Virus record (IMG/VR): IMGVR_UViG_3300046171_000231
Span: 62,001-126,000 of that record
DNA: 64,000 bases
Direction: 5' to 3' (one strand)
Part shown: piece by piece, positions 1 through 10,493 of the stretch
Layout of the letters: every line of letters begins with the position of its first letter
Position numbering within the stretch: position 1 is the stretch's first letter
Translations under genes and position numbers: made by a program
The notes under the pieces: model-generated
What the model saw: only the letters and a program-made list of their open reading frames with translations
Databases searched by the model: none
Told to the model about the DNA's origin: nothing

Positions 1-4
1 TCTC

Positions 5-301
5 CTATACGATTACCCAAGTACCGTCAAGGGTCATCACTGTGTTAAGTGATACAGGTCCTGCATTCAATGCATTTACACCAGTAGTTATATAATAACC
101 ACCCGAACGACTTAAATTATTACTGAATAATAATGAACCATCACCAATATACAAACCGACTAATGAACTTGCAGCACCGACTAAAGTGGTGTTCAATTCT
201 AAATCGTTGGTTGCAATACCGACTGTTCCTTTATTATCTACAACAAGTCCATCTCCTGTGGAGTTAAGGTGTTGTACTTTGTTTACTTTTAATGTGCTCA
301 T
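5..301 (-). CDS. small virion fibre adaptor-like protein
   Basis: N-terminal MSTLKVNKV motif and C-terminal NALNAGPV...GTWVIV motif shared with 1613..2725 and 9129..10472. Confidence 0.55.
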   Translation of the reverse strand: MSTLKVNKVQHLNSTGDGLVVDNKGTVGIATNDLELNTTLVGAASSLVGLYIGDGSLLFSNNLSRSGGYYITTGVNALNAGPVSLNTVMTLDGTWVIV

Positions 302-303
302 GA

Positions 304-982
304 TTAACTTGTGCTGTATGCAGTAAAACTGTAACGACCAGTTGCAAAATTAACTCCTGCCCATCCATAAAATCTAATGGTAGTTAGATTATTTCCAGAT
401 AAGTCCAAAGCACACATTGCTTTTAAGTAACCTGTTTGAGTGCGTCTATGTGAATCTATCTGAACTATCCAGTAGTTAGTAGCAGAAGAAGACTCAAAAG
501 AAGCAAATACTTCTCCTGTGTCACTGGAGGCATTTAAATTATAATATCCAAATCGTATTTCATTCTGAGCAGTTTGATATCTTCCTGCAGTACTACCCCC
601 ATATGAAACTTCAGTAAAATTATATTTACCACCAGAGGTAATCATTCCAGCAGTTGTTCCTACCTGAAAAGAAGGAGTTCCACTGGCACTCATTGATATA
701 TTATGTCCAACAAAATCAACTTTATAACAATTAGCTGGTAATGTAAAGTCATAAGAACTACCACCACTAATATCAGCATTAACGGATCTTGTTACTATTA
801 AATTACCTTGCGTATTTGAAACTGAGGCAAAACTAAGTGCACCACTGCCATCCGTGACCATAGCTTGCCCAGAAGCTCCCGTCGGCACCAGGTAACTTGA
901 AAGTTTTACTTGCAGCTAAAGTATCAGGTGTTGTTAACTTGACCTTATTACCATTTGAATGTGTAAGATTTAGTTCGCTCAT
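304..982 (-). CDS. tail fibre/adhesin tip protein (one 1-nt insertion at ~879)
   Basis: ATG at 982 overlaps the upstream stop (ATGA). MSELNLTHSNGNKVKL...LPGADG joins ORF 304..888 if one C of ccc 878-880 is removed. C-terminal domain is paralogous to 20317..21063. Confidence 0.65.
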
Positions 983-1590
983 CCTTTAACCTCCATGGCT
1001 GTAATGTAACTTATATGACTGTTATCATTATCCCCATTTTCATTACCGTTTTGTTGACGATTTAAAGCTATAGAAGTGTTAGTAGCCATCGCAGTAATTT
1101 TATAAGTATGCGAACTTGTATCACCAGCCGTTTCCATATAAAAAACTGGAGTAGTTTGAGTATCCCAAGCACTTCTACCACAAGAAAGTCCAGATGTAGA
1201 CCTTGTAGCACTACCTACGGATTGACCAATAGCACCTGAAAGAACACTACCATCTTTATAAAGAAATACATGAACGTCACCTCCACTACCTTCTCCAATA
1301 CTAATAGTACCCATTATAAGTATTTTATTACTAGCACTAGATGCTTGTATAGCTACTTCTGGTCCACTAGTAAATTGATCGGCAAGTTTTTGTTCTTGAC
1401 TGTTTTCTATACCGCCTTGTACTTGAATTATTGAACCAGAGGGCAATGCAGAAGACGTTATCGCACCACTTGATAACTTTGCACTTGTTACTGCATTTGA
1501 TGCTAATGTATCTGCATCCACAGATCCATCTGGCAGTCCACCGACTGCTAATCCTGTTATACTTCCGTCTCCGTTAATAGTTACTGGCAT
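979..1590 (-). CDS. tail fibre-like structural protein
   Basis: MPVTINGDGSITGL...DTLASNAVTSAKL repeats, GSIIQV...ITAMEV C-terminal domain, late promoter upstream. Confidence 0.65.
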   Translation of the reverse strand: MPVTINGDGSITGLAVGGLPDGSVDADTLASNAVTSAKLSSGAITSSALPSGSIIQVQGGIENSQEQKLADQFTSGPEVAIQASSASNKILIMGTISIGEGSGGDVHVFLYKDGSVLSGAIGQSVGSATRSTSGLSCGRSAWDTQTTPVFYMETAGDTSSHTYKITAMATNTSIALNRQQNGNENGDNDNSHISYITAMEVKG

Positions 1591-1609
1591 AAGATTATTT
1601 CCTCATCAA

Positions 1610-1617
1610 TATTTATA
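1610..1617 (-). promoter_or_regulatory. T4-type late promoter TATAAATA
   Basis: Exact consensus about 20 nt upstream of ATG 1590. It contains the stop codon of 1613..2725. Confidence 0.75.
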
Positions 1618-2725
1618 CGATAGTCCAAGAACATCCTGATGGAACAGTGACTGCAATTCCAGCATTAATTGCAATTGGTCCTGCACTCATCGCATTCTTT
1701 GTTGAAGTAACTTGATAGTTGACTGCCACTGCCTTATCATTTTCAAAGAAGACCGTGTTTGTTGATGCACCACCAACAGGAGCACCAGCAGGTAGATTTG
1801 ATAAACTTGAACCATCACCACTGAAAGATGTTGCAGTTAATATTCCAGTTACGACAGCTCCCGTTTGTGTGGTTTCAAATTTCTTGGCATTATCCCAGTA
1901 CAATTCTACACCACTGTCAGGTAATACTTTTAATCCAACATCGGTATCTTTGGGCTTTATAATTATAGGTACTGCACCATTACTCTGTAAAATATTCTCA
2001 TAAGGTGTGCCATCGTGATAAATTTTAAAGTCTAAAAAATTACCACAATAAATTTTATTTTCATCAGCAGTATAAGAACTATCTGCCATCTTTATATTGT
2101 GCGTATTTGACTCTAAATCACCGCCTAGCTGTGGTGAAGTATCAGAGACTAAATCCGTATCAATACCAGTTAAATTAGCACCACTACCAGAAAAACTTGA
2201 TGCAGTTACAATACCTGCAAAATTTGCACCACCAGTAATACTAAGAGTTGCTCCGATACCTATGGCAGCTGAAGGATTACCAACCTCGAATCTACCATTA
2301 TGTGTTCGTGCTACTTTTGAACCTGCACTATACAATATGACACAATCTACTGTTGTTTCTAATCTCTCAGCACTATATGGTCCTCCTGTTATAAAGAAAG
2401 AACTAGTTGTTCCAACACCAATTTCTAAATCACCAGCAGAACTTTTTATTCTGGTAGGATGTGTATCTAAACATATTTCACCAGAGAATGTTGATACTCC
2501 AGCAACACTTAAATTATCTAAGTTTGTATGACCATCTACATCTATATCCCCATTGATATCTAATGGACTGGCGAATGTTGAAACACCAGCAATGTTCAGT
2601 GCATTTAATCCACTTATCTCTGTACAAGTTACAATTCCAGATACAATGATACCTGTGTCTGTGTACTCAACAGTACTCAGACCCGCACGGTTTGCAATTT
2701 TATTAACTCGTATCTCGGATGACAT
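1613..2725 (-). CDS. tail fibre protein
   Basis: DVDGHTNLDN and GIVTASSFSGSGANLT repeats, C-terminal NAMSAGPI...WTIV domain. Confidence 0.75.
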   Translation of the reverse strand: MSSEIRVNKIANRAGLSTVEYTDTGIIVSGIVTCTEISGLNALNIAGVSTFASPLDINGDIDVDGHTNLDNLSVAGVSTFSGEICLDTHPTRIKSSAGDLEIGVGTTSSFFITGGPYSAERLETTVDCVILYSAGSKVARTHNGRFEVGNPSAAIGIGATLSITGGANFAGIVTASSFSGSGANLTGIDTDLVSDTSPQLGGDLESNTHNIKMADSSYTADENKIYCGNFLDFKIYHDGTPYENILQSNGAVPIIIKPKDTDVGLKVLPDSGVELYWDNAKKFETTQTGAVVTGILTATSFSGDGSSLSNLPAGAPVGGASTNTVFFENDKAVAVNYQVTSTKNAMSAGPIAINAGIAVTVPSGCSWTIV

Positions 2726-2747
2726 TTATATCTTTTTGATTATTTAT
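2726..2747 (-). promoter_or_regulatory. late promoter/cassette junction ATAAATAATCAAAAAG
   Basis: Motif recurs upstream of 8 fibre genes. Confidence 0.7.
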
Positions 2748-2761
2748 TAATTAACTATAAG

Positions 2762-2923
2762 TTAATCTGCCTCTGCTGGTGTATTTCCAGCAGCGACCCA
2801 TTCAAGATATTCTTGATAGAATCTATTATCTGGATCTTTAGGTATTATCATACCTTTTTCAGCAAGGATGTAATTTGTTTCATTTCCATCCTCATCTTTC
2901 ATTTTTTTGTAAGAATAAGTCAT
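2762..2923 (-). CDS. 53-aa tail fibre assembly/chaperone-like protein (absent from the ORF track)
   Basis: MTYSYKKMKD...IPKDPDNRFYQEYLEWVAAGNTPAEAD. ATGA overlap with the fibre stop. The motif is typical of small proteins that follow phage fibres. Confidence 0.7.
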   Translation of the reverse strand: MTYSYKKMKDEDGNETNYILAEKGMIIPKDPDNRFYQEYLEWVAAGNTPAEAD

Positions 2924-4620
2924 AATTCTGCGTCTACTGTGTAAGCTAGGATACCAAAACCATTACCTGATCCAGATGTGCCATAGCTGTCTTCAATGTG
3001 TCTGAGGAAAAAACCTTTGGTTCTTACTTCTGTTGTATTGTTATTCCAGTCAACTTGTTGACTTCCAACTGCAACCTGTTCTATGTGAATATCACCTTGA
3101 TTAGTTGACCCATAAATTGTAAGAGTCGGAGACGCTCTCATTTCAACCTCAAATCTTTCAGTGAAATCATAGTAAGAGTTATGTTTACTAAAACTATGTA
3201 CACCGTCACCAGCGTACCAAGAAGATACTGCTAATGTATAATTAGTTCCACGGTTTGAATCTGTTGAACGTTGGTAATAGCGTTTGCATTTAAGTAAAGT
3301 TGTGCTTATGTCTTCATGTTTAAAGTCACTCGCTGTGCCAGTAGTGGTTGGTTCTAATTGTACTCCTGTTAACATCCATTCATTTGATGTTGAGTCTGTA
3401 AAATTAACTTGTCCAGTTGCACTTGAAGGATCTGTTGAACCTCTCCAAGCAGTATTTAAAGTTCCACCTTGTACTGCTGAACCAGCAACTAACCAGAATT
3501 GAATTTCTAAGGAACTACCATTATCAAATCCAAATTCACCAGTCGTATCAGCAGGAAAATCTATTGTATATCTGTTCCAATTAGTATTTGATACTGTATA
3601 AGAACCAGAGACATCTCTGTTATTATCACGATCATGTAATTCAACAATATATGTTCCACTTTTATTACATTTTACATAAAAAGATAAAGTGAATCTTTTA
3701 GCACCGCTTGTTCCTTTTGCAAACGGAGCTAAATTAAATCCCTCAATTTTATGAAACAATTTTACTTCTTCATTACTTGCGATTGAAGTATCTGCTGTTG
3801 TACAGTTTACTCTATAACTTTGATGAAAACCATCAGGTGAATCTCCTGAGTGTCTAATTCTAAATGCTGCTGAACTATTTTGATAATAAAAGTACCATCT
3901 GTCTAAATGATAACCAGAAGAAGTTACACTAGTAAAATCAGTAGCTCTTTGTGAGACAAGCATTTCACCATTTATTATCGCATTATATGAGGCTGCAGCA
4001 CTAATACCAGTTAAGTTTGCACCACTACCACTGAAACTTGTTGCTGTTACAATACCAGATGAATTAATACCTTTTCCAGTGGCCATTTTTATGTCGCCAG
4101 TGGTATTTACAGTTCCAGCATTACTAACTCCAAAAGTTCTAGTATCTGAGTTATTCGTTATTAATAATATATCTTCATCATCAATACCTCCACCTCTACC
4201 ACTTGCCCTCAATTTTAAAACAGCACCTTGAGTTGCAGCACCAGAGGTGTTAATAAATTCAACAATAGGAGAAGCACTATTTCCTGTGAGACTTAATTTT
4301 GTTCCATTATAAGTTAAATTTGCTTCACCATTTAAGTTAACACCACTACCACCAGTGATTACTCTGTTGTCGGCATTGTTTGCTATGGTTACTTGTGTTG
4401 GCAATGAAGTTAAGTTGGCACCACTTCCTACAAAACTTGTTGCAGTCACAACACCAGCGATGCTTACATTATCTGCATTTAAATGTCCGTCTACATCTAA
4501 ATCACCATTTAAATCTAATGTAGTGACTGTGGTAACTCCAGATACAATAAGACCCTTCTCAACGGTAGGTGATCCATCCGCTAATTGATTAGTTATTTTA
4601 TTGGCTCTTATTCTGGACAT
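2920..4620 (-). CDS. tail fibre with C-terminal carbohydrate-binding-like domain
   Basis: Fibre repeats, then NAIINGEMLVSQR...DRW...TGVQLE...CKRYY domain also present in 13587..15713. Confidence 0.75.
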   Translation of the reverse strand: MSRIRANKITNQLADGSPTVEKGLIVSGVTTVTTLDLNGDLDVDGHLNADNVSIAGVVTATSFVGSGANLTSLPTQVTIANNADNRVITGGSGVNLNGEANLTYNGTKLSLTGNSASPIVEFINTSGAATQGAVLKLRASGRGGGIDDEDILLITNNSDTRTFGVSNAGTVNTTGDIKMATGKGINSSGIVTATSFSGSGANLTGISAAASYNAIINGEMLVSQRATDFTSVTSSGYHLDRWYFYYQNSSAAFRIRHSGDSPDGFHQSYRVNCTTADTSIASNEEVKLFHKIEGFNLAPFAKGTSGAKRFTLSFYVKCNKSGTYIVELHDRDNNRDVSGSYTVSNTNWNRYTIDFPADTTGEFGFDNGSSLEIQFWLVAGSAVQGGTLNTAWRGSTDPSSATGQVNFTDSTSNEWMLTGVQLEPTTTGTASDFKHEDISTTLLKCKRYYQRSTDSNRGTNYTLAVSSWYAGDGVHSFSKHNSYYDFTERFEVEMRASPTLTIYGSTNQGDIHIEQVAVGSQQVDWNNNTTEVRTKGFFLRHIEDSYGTSGSGNGFGILAYTVDAEL

Positions 4621-4644
4621 ATTGCTTTTTGATTATTTATGATG
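4606..4644. repeat. 39-nt exact direct repeat, copy 1 (late promoter plus gene start)
   Basis: tcttattctggacatattgctttttgattatttatgatg is identical at 6742..6780. Confidence 0.9.
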
Positions 4645-5053
4645 GTTCAGTTGGCCAAGTAACTGATGAATCATCAAGATAACCTTGTTCATTTAAACTT
4701 GGATTTGCACTTGATGGAAGATCTCTAAGTGCTTGACGATATGTTTCATATGATGTTTTAATTCCAACAGGAACATCACCTAATTGAGACCAATCAGTTT
4801 CAGTAAGTTTAATATTTCTTACCACTCTTAATTCATTCATCGGAAATTTTGTTTGCAAGTCATCATACTTTGCCTTGAAAGTTGCCCAGTCTTTAGATGG
4901 TGTACTAAGAATTGATTCATTAGTATCTGTTGTAATTCCAACAACCTCTTGACATTTTGATAAGTAAGTAGATTCATCTACAATACCTTCATCAAATCTA
5001 AATTGTGTGATGCCAATACCTATAAGTGTTTGTTGTATTATGTGTTCGTACAT
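4637..5053 (-). CDS. phage tail assembly chaperone
   Basis: LRVVRNIKLTETDWSQLGDVP...YRQALRDLP...WPTEPS motif. Probable start MYEHII at 5053. Confidence 0.75.
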   Translation of the reverse strand: MYEHIIQQTLIGIGITQFRFDEGIVDESTYLSKCQEVVGITTDTNESILSTPSKDWATFKAKYDDLQTKFPMNELRVVRNIKLTETDWSQLGDVPVGIKTSYETYRQALRDLPSSANPSLNEQGYLDDSSVTWPTEPS

Positions 5054-5055
5054 GA

Positions 5056-6756
5056 TTAACCTTTCTCGTATTCCCAAACTTGGAGTATGTTTTGACTATG
5101 ATGATACCATTGTAAACCCACACTTGTAAAGTCCACTAGACCTTGAGTTTTCAAACTAATTGAAGTTCCAGCACATTCAAAACTACCCATCAGGTGAACT
5201 GTACGATGATGTCTCGATAGTCCACTACCTCCAGTATAGCTTCGACCATCCATATTACCCATAATACGCTCGTTTGCAATCACAGTAGTCCAACTTCCAC
5301 CACCTTCTTGTTTTTGAATTCTCCACATCGCATCACCATTGCTATTAGCATCAGAACCCTGCCAACATTGTGATTGATGGTGTATCACAATCAGATTACC
5401 TGCTTTTTTAGGAGTATAACTTGACAGTATTGTCCTTAGATCAGTATAGGAATTAGAAGTAATGCTTACACCAGTAAAGGTAGCATACGTAGAATAATTT
5501 ACAAGTGGATAGAAATGGTTTCCACTTGTATATAGTTTACCATCAGATCCGATGCGAAATCTTTCTGTTGTTGTTCCACTTGAAGGTGAAGTATAAAATG
5601 CAAGATCTCCAATTGAATCAGTGGATGTACGATGATGTAATATTGCTGCACCCACATGAGTATCATCTGAAGTATTCGCAAATGCAATACCAATTTTTGA
5701 AGTGTTGCTATTTGTTTGTGATCTAATTACAAGATGATAATTATTTTTATCTGATACATCACTTTCTGCTGTGAGATCCTTATCAAGCAATAATAAACCA
5801 GTGCTAGTTTCTACAGTTCCGATGGAAATTTTTCCATCTGGATTAATACGCATCTTTGGCACTTTGCCATTCAAGTTATCGGTATTACCACCACTAGTTC
5901 CTCCAACATCCGTAAGGAAATCTATTTTATTTTGACCATTACCTGCATCAGTACCAATAACTAGTCTATCACCGCCAGCTTCATATCCAAATAAAGCAAG
6001 ACCACTTCCGTGACTATGTGCTATGAATAATGCATCACCATTATTACTACCACCATCAGCAGCAACTCCAATATAATTAGAAATTGAATCAAGGAAGTTT
6101 AAAGGAAAACTATTATCTCCAGCTTCTATATTACCGCCCTTAATATGTAAATCACCAGCAGTATCAAGTCGCATTTTTTCGGCACTAACAGCATTAGTAC
6201 CACCACCAATATGGAAAGATAAATCTTTATTAAGTCCTGTTCCAATAGAAGTTAAGTTTGATTTGTGTTGTATATTAAAATCAGCATTGACATTATTTGT
6301 CGTATTTAAAGCTACTCTATAAGCTGAAGAATTATCTTCTACACCTATTTCAACAGTTCTTTCAGTACCAACAATATCAACATCATAAACTGAGGAGGTA
6401 GTACCTTTTAATATTGTACCATTTGCAGTAATTTGCCCACTAAAAGTATGAATTCCAGTATGAATCGCACCAGATGCTTGTGCCTGAATCTTTACGTTAC
6501 CACCAGAATCCTTGATTGCAGTTGCATCAATACCAGTTAAGTTTGCACCACTTCCTACAAAACTTGTCGCAGTAACAACACCTGTTACATTAATATTCGT
6601 AGCTTGATGTTGAATAGAAGTTGTAATACCAGTAAGATTTAAATTATTAATACTTCCTGTGACTGTAGTAACTCCAGCTATAACTAATCCATGAGAAACG
6701 GTAGGTGCTCCGTTTGCCATTCTGTTTGTTATAAGATTAGTTCTTATTCTGGACAT
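5056..6756 (-). CDS. tail fibre protein
   Basis: MSRIRTNLITN N-terminus, EKMRL/ERFRI beta-repeats, distinct C-terminal tip. Confidence 0.75.
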   Translation of the reverse strand: MSRIRTNLITNRMANGAPTVSHGLVIAGVTTVTGSINNLNLTGITTSIQHQATNINVTGVVTATSFVGSGANLTGIDATAIKDSGGNVKIQAQASGAIHTGIHTFSGQITANGTILKGTTSSVYDVDIVGTERTVEIGVEDNSSAYRVALNTTNNVNADFNIQHKSNLTSIGTGLNKDLSFHIGGGTNAVSAEKMRLDTAGDLHIKGGNIEAGDNSFPLNFLDSISNYIGVAADGGSNNGDALFIAHSHGSGLALFGYEAGGDRLVIGTDAGNGQNKIDFLTDVGGTSGGNTDNLNGKVPKMRINPDGKISIGTVETSTGLLLLDKDLTAESDVSDKNNYHLVIRSQTNSNTSKIGIAFANTSDDTHVGAAILHHRTSTDSIGDLAFYTSPSSGTTTERFRIGSDGKLYTSGNHFYPLVNYSTYATFTGVSITSNSYTDLRTILSSYTPKKAGNLIVIHHQSQCWQGSDANSNGDAMWRIQKQEGGGSWTTVIANERIMGNMDGRSYTGGSGLSRHHRTVHLMGSFECAGTSISLKTQGLVDFTSVGLQWYHHSQNILQVWEYEKG

Positions 6757-6780
6757 ATTGCTTTTTGATTATTTATGATG
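6742..6780. repeat. 39-nt exact direct repeat, copy 2
   Basis: Identical to 4606..4644. Confidence 0.9.
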
Positions 6781-9117
6781 TTATACTCCGAACCGACCAC
6801 GATCAAGTTCAAAGTGATTCTTGATTTCTGTTGCTGATAATGCACGATTATATATTCTTACAACAGCGATCTTACCATCCCATCTTTCATAGTCATCTCC
6901 TCTTGATGCAATAGCAAATCCAGCCGTACTAACTACTGCTAGAGAACTTCCAGCACTTGCAGAGTTAGCAAATGCACCATTGATATACCACCTATTCACA
7001 TTATTACCACTGTCATACTGCCATACATGATGATGCCAAGTTTTATCAGGGAAATTTTGTCCAGTAATATTACCACTACCAGCACCAACTCCACTATTAT
7101 TATAATGGAACTGACCATCTGGATCAGCAATCATATTAAATTGATTTGGAAATCCACTTCCATATCTTGATACTATCACCTCTCTACCAGCACCGTCATA
7201 CCAAATCCAAGATTCAATTGTCATAGATGGGGTATTTAATACTTCTGCTATATTTGGAGATCCACCTGCTCCTCCTGCAATCTGTACTCTACCTTCGTTT
7301 GACACACAATCTAAGTACCCACCACGTCCTACTCTATAGTTAAATGAACCACCGTTTACAGTCATTGGTGTATTACTACTACTACTTGTCCAATCTGTTG
7401 TTGAATGTGCCAAAGCAGCAGATAAATTAGCTGAGTTTGCTATACCACCATTATCACTATATCCAGTTAATCTTCCAAAGTCACAGTCAAATATTAATCC
7501 ACTTCCACTTCCTTGAGAATATTGATTGATCACTCCCTTAATATTGAATGTTCCTGCTCCTTGAGAATGAGAGGAATCTGTAGTGTTGGTTATAGTACCA
7601 TATTCATTAATTCGCATCGCTTCATATGCGACTGCACCATGTTTTCTTACATCAAATCCTAAACATCCATCATAATCACCATCACCAGTATTTGCTTTAA
7701 ATCCTCTAATACCAGCAAAGATTGCTTGGGATGTTTTTCCTGATGTATGATGTCCTTGGAATACTATTCCACCAGTGGGAGTTGCATTATAATCAGCATT
7801 ATCTTTTAAAAATATTTGACCTTTTGCTGTCCCTTCACCCAAATCAGCAGCATATATTTGTAGAGCACTAGTTGCACTGGTAGTATTAATACCAATTCTA
7901 CCGTTTGAAATGATGCGAAGTCTTTCATATAAACCAGCATAAAATATTTGATCTACACCTGAACCTCCATAATGAACCATATCCTCAGAGGCATCCAACT
8001 GAATATATGCCAATTGACTACCAGCATTATAAAATCTTACACCAGCACCACCAGAAGCACTTTTATCTAAAACAAATTGAGCATTATTATTTGCATTTCC
8101 CTTATTTACCCAAATATACTCATCAGATTGAATGCGAAGTTTCTCATTCCCCTCTGTCGTAAATTTTATATGACCATCAGAACCTGTATCAATAGTTTCG
8201 ACTTCTGTATTTCCTTCAAATATTTTATCAGCAACAATTCCAGTTAATTGTGATCCATCACCACGATATGATGTTGCTGTTATAATTCCAGCATTACCTA
8301 AATGAATATTACTTCCTACACTTACAAAATCATCTACGTCTACACCTGAACGTGCTGTTATGATTCCGATAGAATCTATATTTGTTACATCTTCATATGT
8401 TATTGTGCCACCGATTGATAGTCCACCTGTGATAGTGGTCATTCCAGATATTACAACACCATTCTGAATTGTTGTTGCACCATTTGCTGCTGCGTTTGAT
8501 ATTGAATTAACTCTGATTCTACCTGCACTTGCACCACCACCAAAGGTTCCAAAGTCTGCAAGTCCTAAAACGTCAGGTATTAAATCATCTCCTTCAGCAA
8601 CGATTAAATCAGCACTACCATCAACTTTGATATCTGCATACTGTGTATATGCTTTTGATGCGGATGCAGGAACATCAACAGTCACAGAAGATGGTACACC
8701 AAGAACCTGATTGGTGTAATACATCTTGTTAAGTGGACTTGATGCAGTCGCACTTAATGCAGTTCCTAATCCAGCAGGTAGATTTGTTAAGTCTGATCCA
8801 TCTCCTACAAAACTTGTTGCTGTTATAACACCTGCGTTTCCTAATTTTATATTACTACCTACATCTACAAAATCATCTACATCAGCATATGCTACATTAA
8901 GACCAGCTGAGTGTAAATCAGATGTGCCTGTTTTGAAATTAGATGCTGAAGATATACCAGTTGTATTAACGTGGTTATGAATATGAATATTACCTGCGTG
9001 ATCTAATTTTAAAGCTTCACTTGTATCGTTTATATGCAGCGTAAATTGATTATCAATCCCCGTTGGAGTGGTGATACTCGTGATACCTGATATACTTTTT
9101 TGACTAATCTGTGACAT
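6781..9117 (-). CDS. tail fibre with C-terminal LamG/ConA-like lectin domain
   Basis: TYEDVTNIDS repeats, C-terminal TIESWI...WHHHVWQYD...WYING...GKIAVVRIYNRALSATEI. Confidence 0.8.
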   Translation of the reverse strand: MSQISQKSISGITSITTPTGIDNQFTLHINDTSEALKLDHAGNIHIHNHVNTTGISSASNFKTGTSDLHSAGLNVAYADVDDFVDVGSNIKLGNAGVITATSFVGDGSDLTNLPAGLGTALSATASSPLNKMYYTNQVLGVPSSVTVDVPASASKAYTQYADIKVDGSADLIVAEGDDLIPDVLGLADFGTFGGGASAGRIRVNSISNAAANGATTIQNGVVISGMTTITGGLSIGGTITYEDVTNIDSIGIITARSGVDVDDFVSVGSNIHLGNAGIITATSYRGDGSQLTGIVADKIFEGNTEVETIDTGSDGHIKFTTEGNEKLRIQSDEYIWVNKGNANNNAQFVLDKSASGGAGVRFYNAGSQLAYIQLDASEDMVHYGGSGVDQIFYAGLYERLRIISNGRIGINTTSATSALQIYAADLGEGTAKGQIFLKDNADYNATPTGGIVFQGHHTSGKTSQAIFAGIRGFKANTGDGDYDGCLGFDVRKHGAVAYEAMRINEYGTITNTTDSSHSQGAGTFNIKGVINQYSQGSGSGLIFDCDFGRLTGYSDNGGIANSANLSAALAHSTTDWTSSSSNTPMTVNGGSFNYRVGRGGYLDCVSNEGRVQIAGGAGGSPNIAEVLNTPSMTIESWIWYDGAGREVIVSRYGSGFPNQFNMIADPDGQFHYNNSGVGAGSGNITGQNFPDKTWHHHVWQYDSGNNVNRWYINGAFANSASAGSSLAVVSTAGFAIASRGDDYERWDGKIAVVRIYNRALSATEIKNHFELDRGRFGV

Positions 9118-9122
9118 ATTTT

Positions 9123-9129
9123 TATTTAT
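9123..9129 (-). promoter_or_regulatory. late promoter ATAAATA
   Basis: Immediately upstream of ATG 9117. Confidence 0.6.
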
Positions 9130-10472
9130 TAGACGACAACATAATTACCGTCAATGAAGAGATTACCATTTATAGTAACTGGACCTGCCATCAGACCATT
9201 AAATGCAGTTCCAATATAATGATTATCATTTAAAGTATTATCGTGAATTATCATTCCATTACTTATATACATTCCTTTTGCCATACCATTACTTACAGCA
9301 AAACTATTTCCCTGTCCTGTATGATGATGACACCAGTAATAAAGTAATGCAGGTGCATCAGCAGGTATCGTCCATACAACTTGACGGACTGTAGCAGCAT
9401 TAAATCCACTTACATACTGTGCCATTGTTTTATTGACACCATCTAATTTATATGTAACACCTGTAATATAATGACCGTGACTATTGTGATCACCGCCAGG
9501 TCCGAGACTGAACATCAATGGATGATTTGCACCACCATATACTTCATTACTATTATCAGACTGGTCAAAGGTATAGGTATGACGTTTATTAATTTCAAAC
9601 AATGCAGGTTTCTCAACTCCATCTAAGTAAAATACTCCTGTTGATTGACCTCCAACTGTATCTGTTCCGACTGTGACAGTGATTGTTGTGTCGATAGATG
9701 ATGCACCGATACCTTGCAAATCATTATCATCAAGACTACTCGTATGAACACCAATTGATTTATTGGTTGCGATACCAGCAGTGTATGTACTCCAAGTTCC
9801 ACCAGCACCAGCTCCACCACCACCTGCAATACTAATATCTACTGTGGTTCCATTGACTGCAAATGTATTACCAGTTCCTACAAAATTAAGTTGAGTAATA
9901 CCAGCACCAATCTGAGTTCCTGCAGATTGAATACCAACTTCAGAAGCACCACTGAATAATGTTGCTGTTGCAACTCCAGCAATACTTACATTATCAAGAT
10001 TAGTATGTCCATCTACATCTAATTCTACAAAGTCACCATCACCTTTAAATGTTGTGGCAGTGATAACACCTGCATTTCCTAATTTTATATTACTTCCTAC
10101 ATCTAAAAAGTCATCTACATCTACACCTGACCTTGCTGTGATGATACCAAGTGAATCAACATTCTTTACATCTTCATATGTTAAGACTCCACCAACAGTA
10201 ACATTACCTGAAAAGTTTGCAGTAGATCCAGATATTGCCCCAGTAAAAGACGAAACACCAGCAACGGTCATTCCTGCATTTATATCAACAGCGTATGTGT
10301 TGAATGTTGCAGCAGTTCCAGTAATTATATTATCTGTGGACGCTATACCAGTAAGCCCAGCACCATCACCTACAAAGGATACTGCAGTAATAATACCTGT
10401 AGATTTTATATTATGACTGTTTATATTGGATGCGGTATGAATACCTGGACCAAGTATCCGTGTAAATGCCAT
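9129..10472 (-). CDS. tail fibre with cupredoxin-like insert and C-terminal adaptor motif
   Basis: Fibre repeats, HPLMF...YYWCHHHTGQG, NGLMAGPVTI...GNYVVV. Confidence 0.7.
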   Translation of the reverse strand: MAFTRILGPGIHTASNINSHNIKSTGIITAVSFVGDGAGLTGIASTDNIITGTAATFNTYAVDINAGMTVAGVSSFTGAISGSTANFSGNVTVGGVLTYEDVKNVDSLGIITARSGVDVDDFLDVGSNIKLGNAGVITATTFKGDGDFVELDVDGHTNLDNVSIAGVATATLFSGASEVGIQSAGTQIGAGITQLNFVGTGNTFAVNGTTVDISIAGGGGAGAGGTWSTYTAGIATNKSIGVHTSSLDDNDLQGIGASSIDTTITVTVGTDTVGGQSTGVFYLDGVEKPALFEINKRHTYTFDQSDNSNEVYGGANHPLMFSLGPGGDHNSHGHYITGVTYKLDGVNKTMAQYVSGFNAATVRQVVWTIPADAPALLYYWCHHHTGQGNSFAVSNGMAKGMYISNGMIIHDNTLNDNHYIGTAFNGLMAGPVTINGNLFIDGNYVVV

Positions 10473-10493
10473 TATTGCTTTTTAGTTATTTAT
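10473..10493 (-). promoter_or_regulatory. late promoter/cassette junction ATAAATAACTAAAAAG
   Basis: Near-identical to 4621..4640. It contains the upstream stop codon. Confidence 0.7.
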
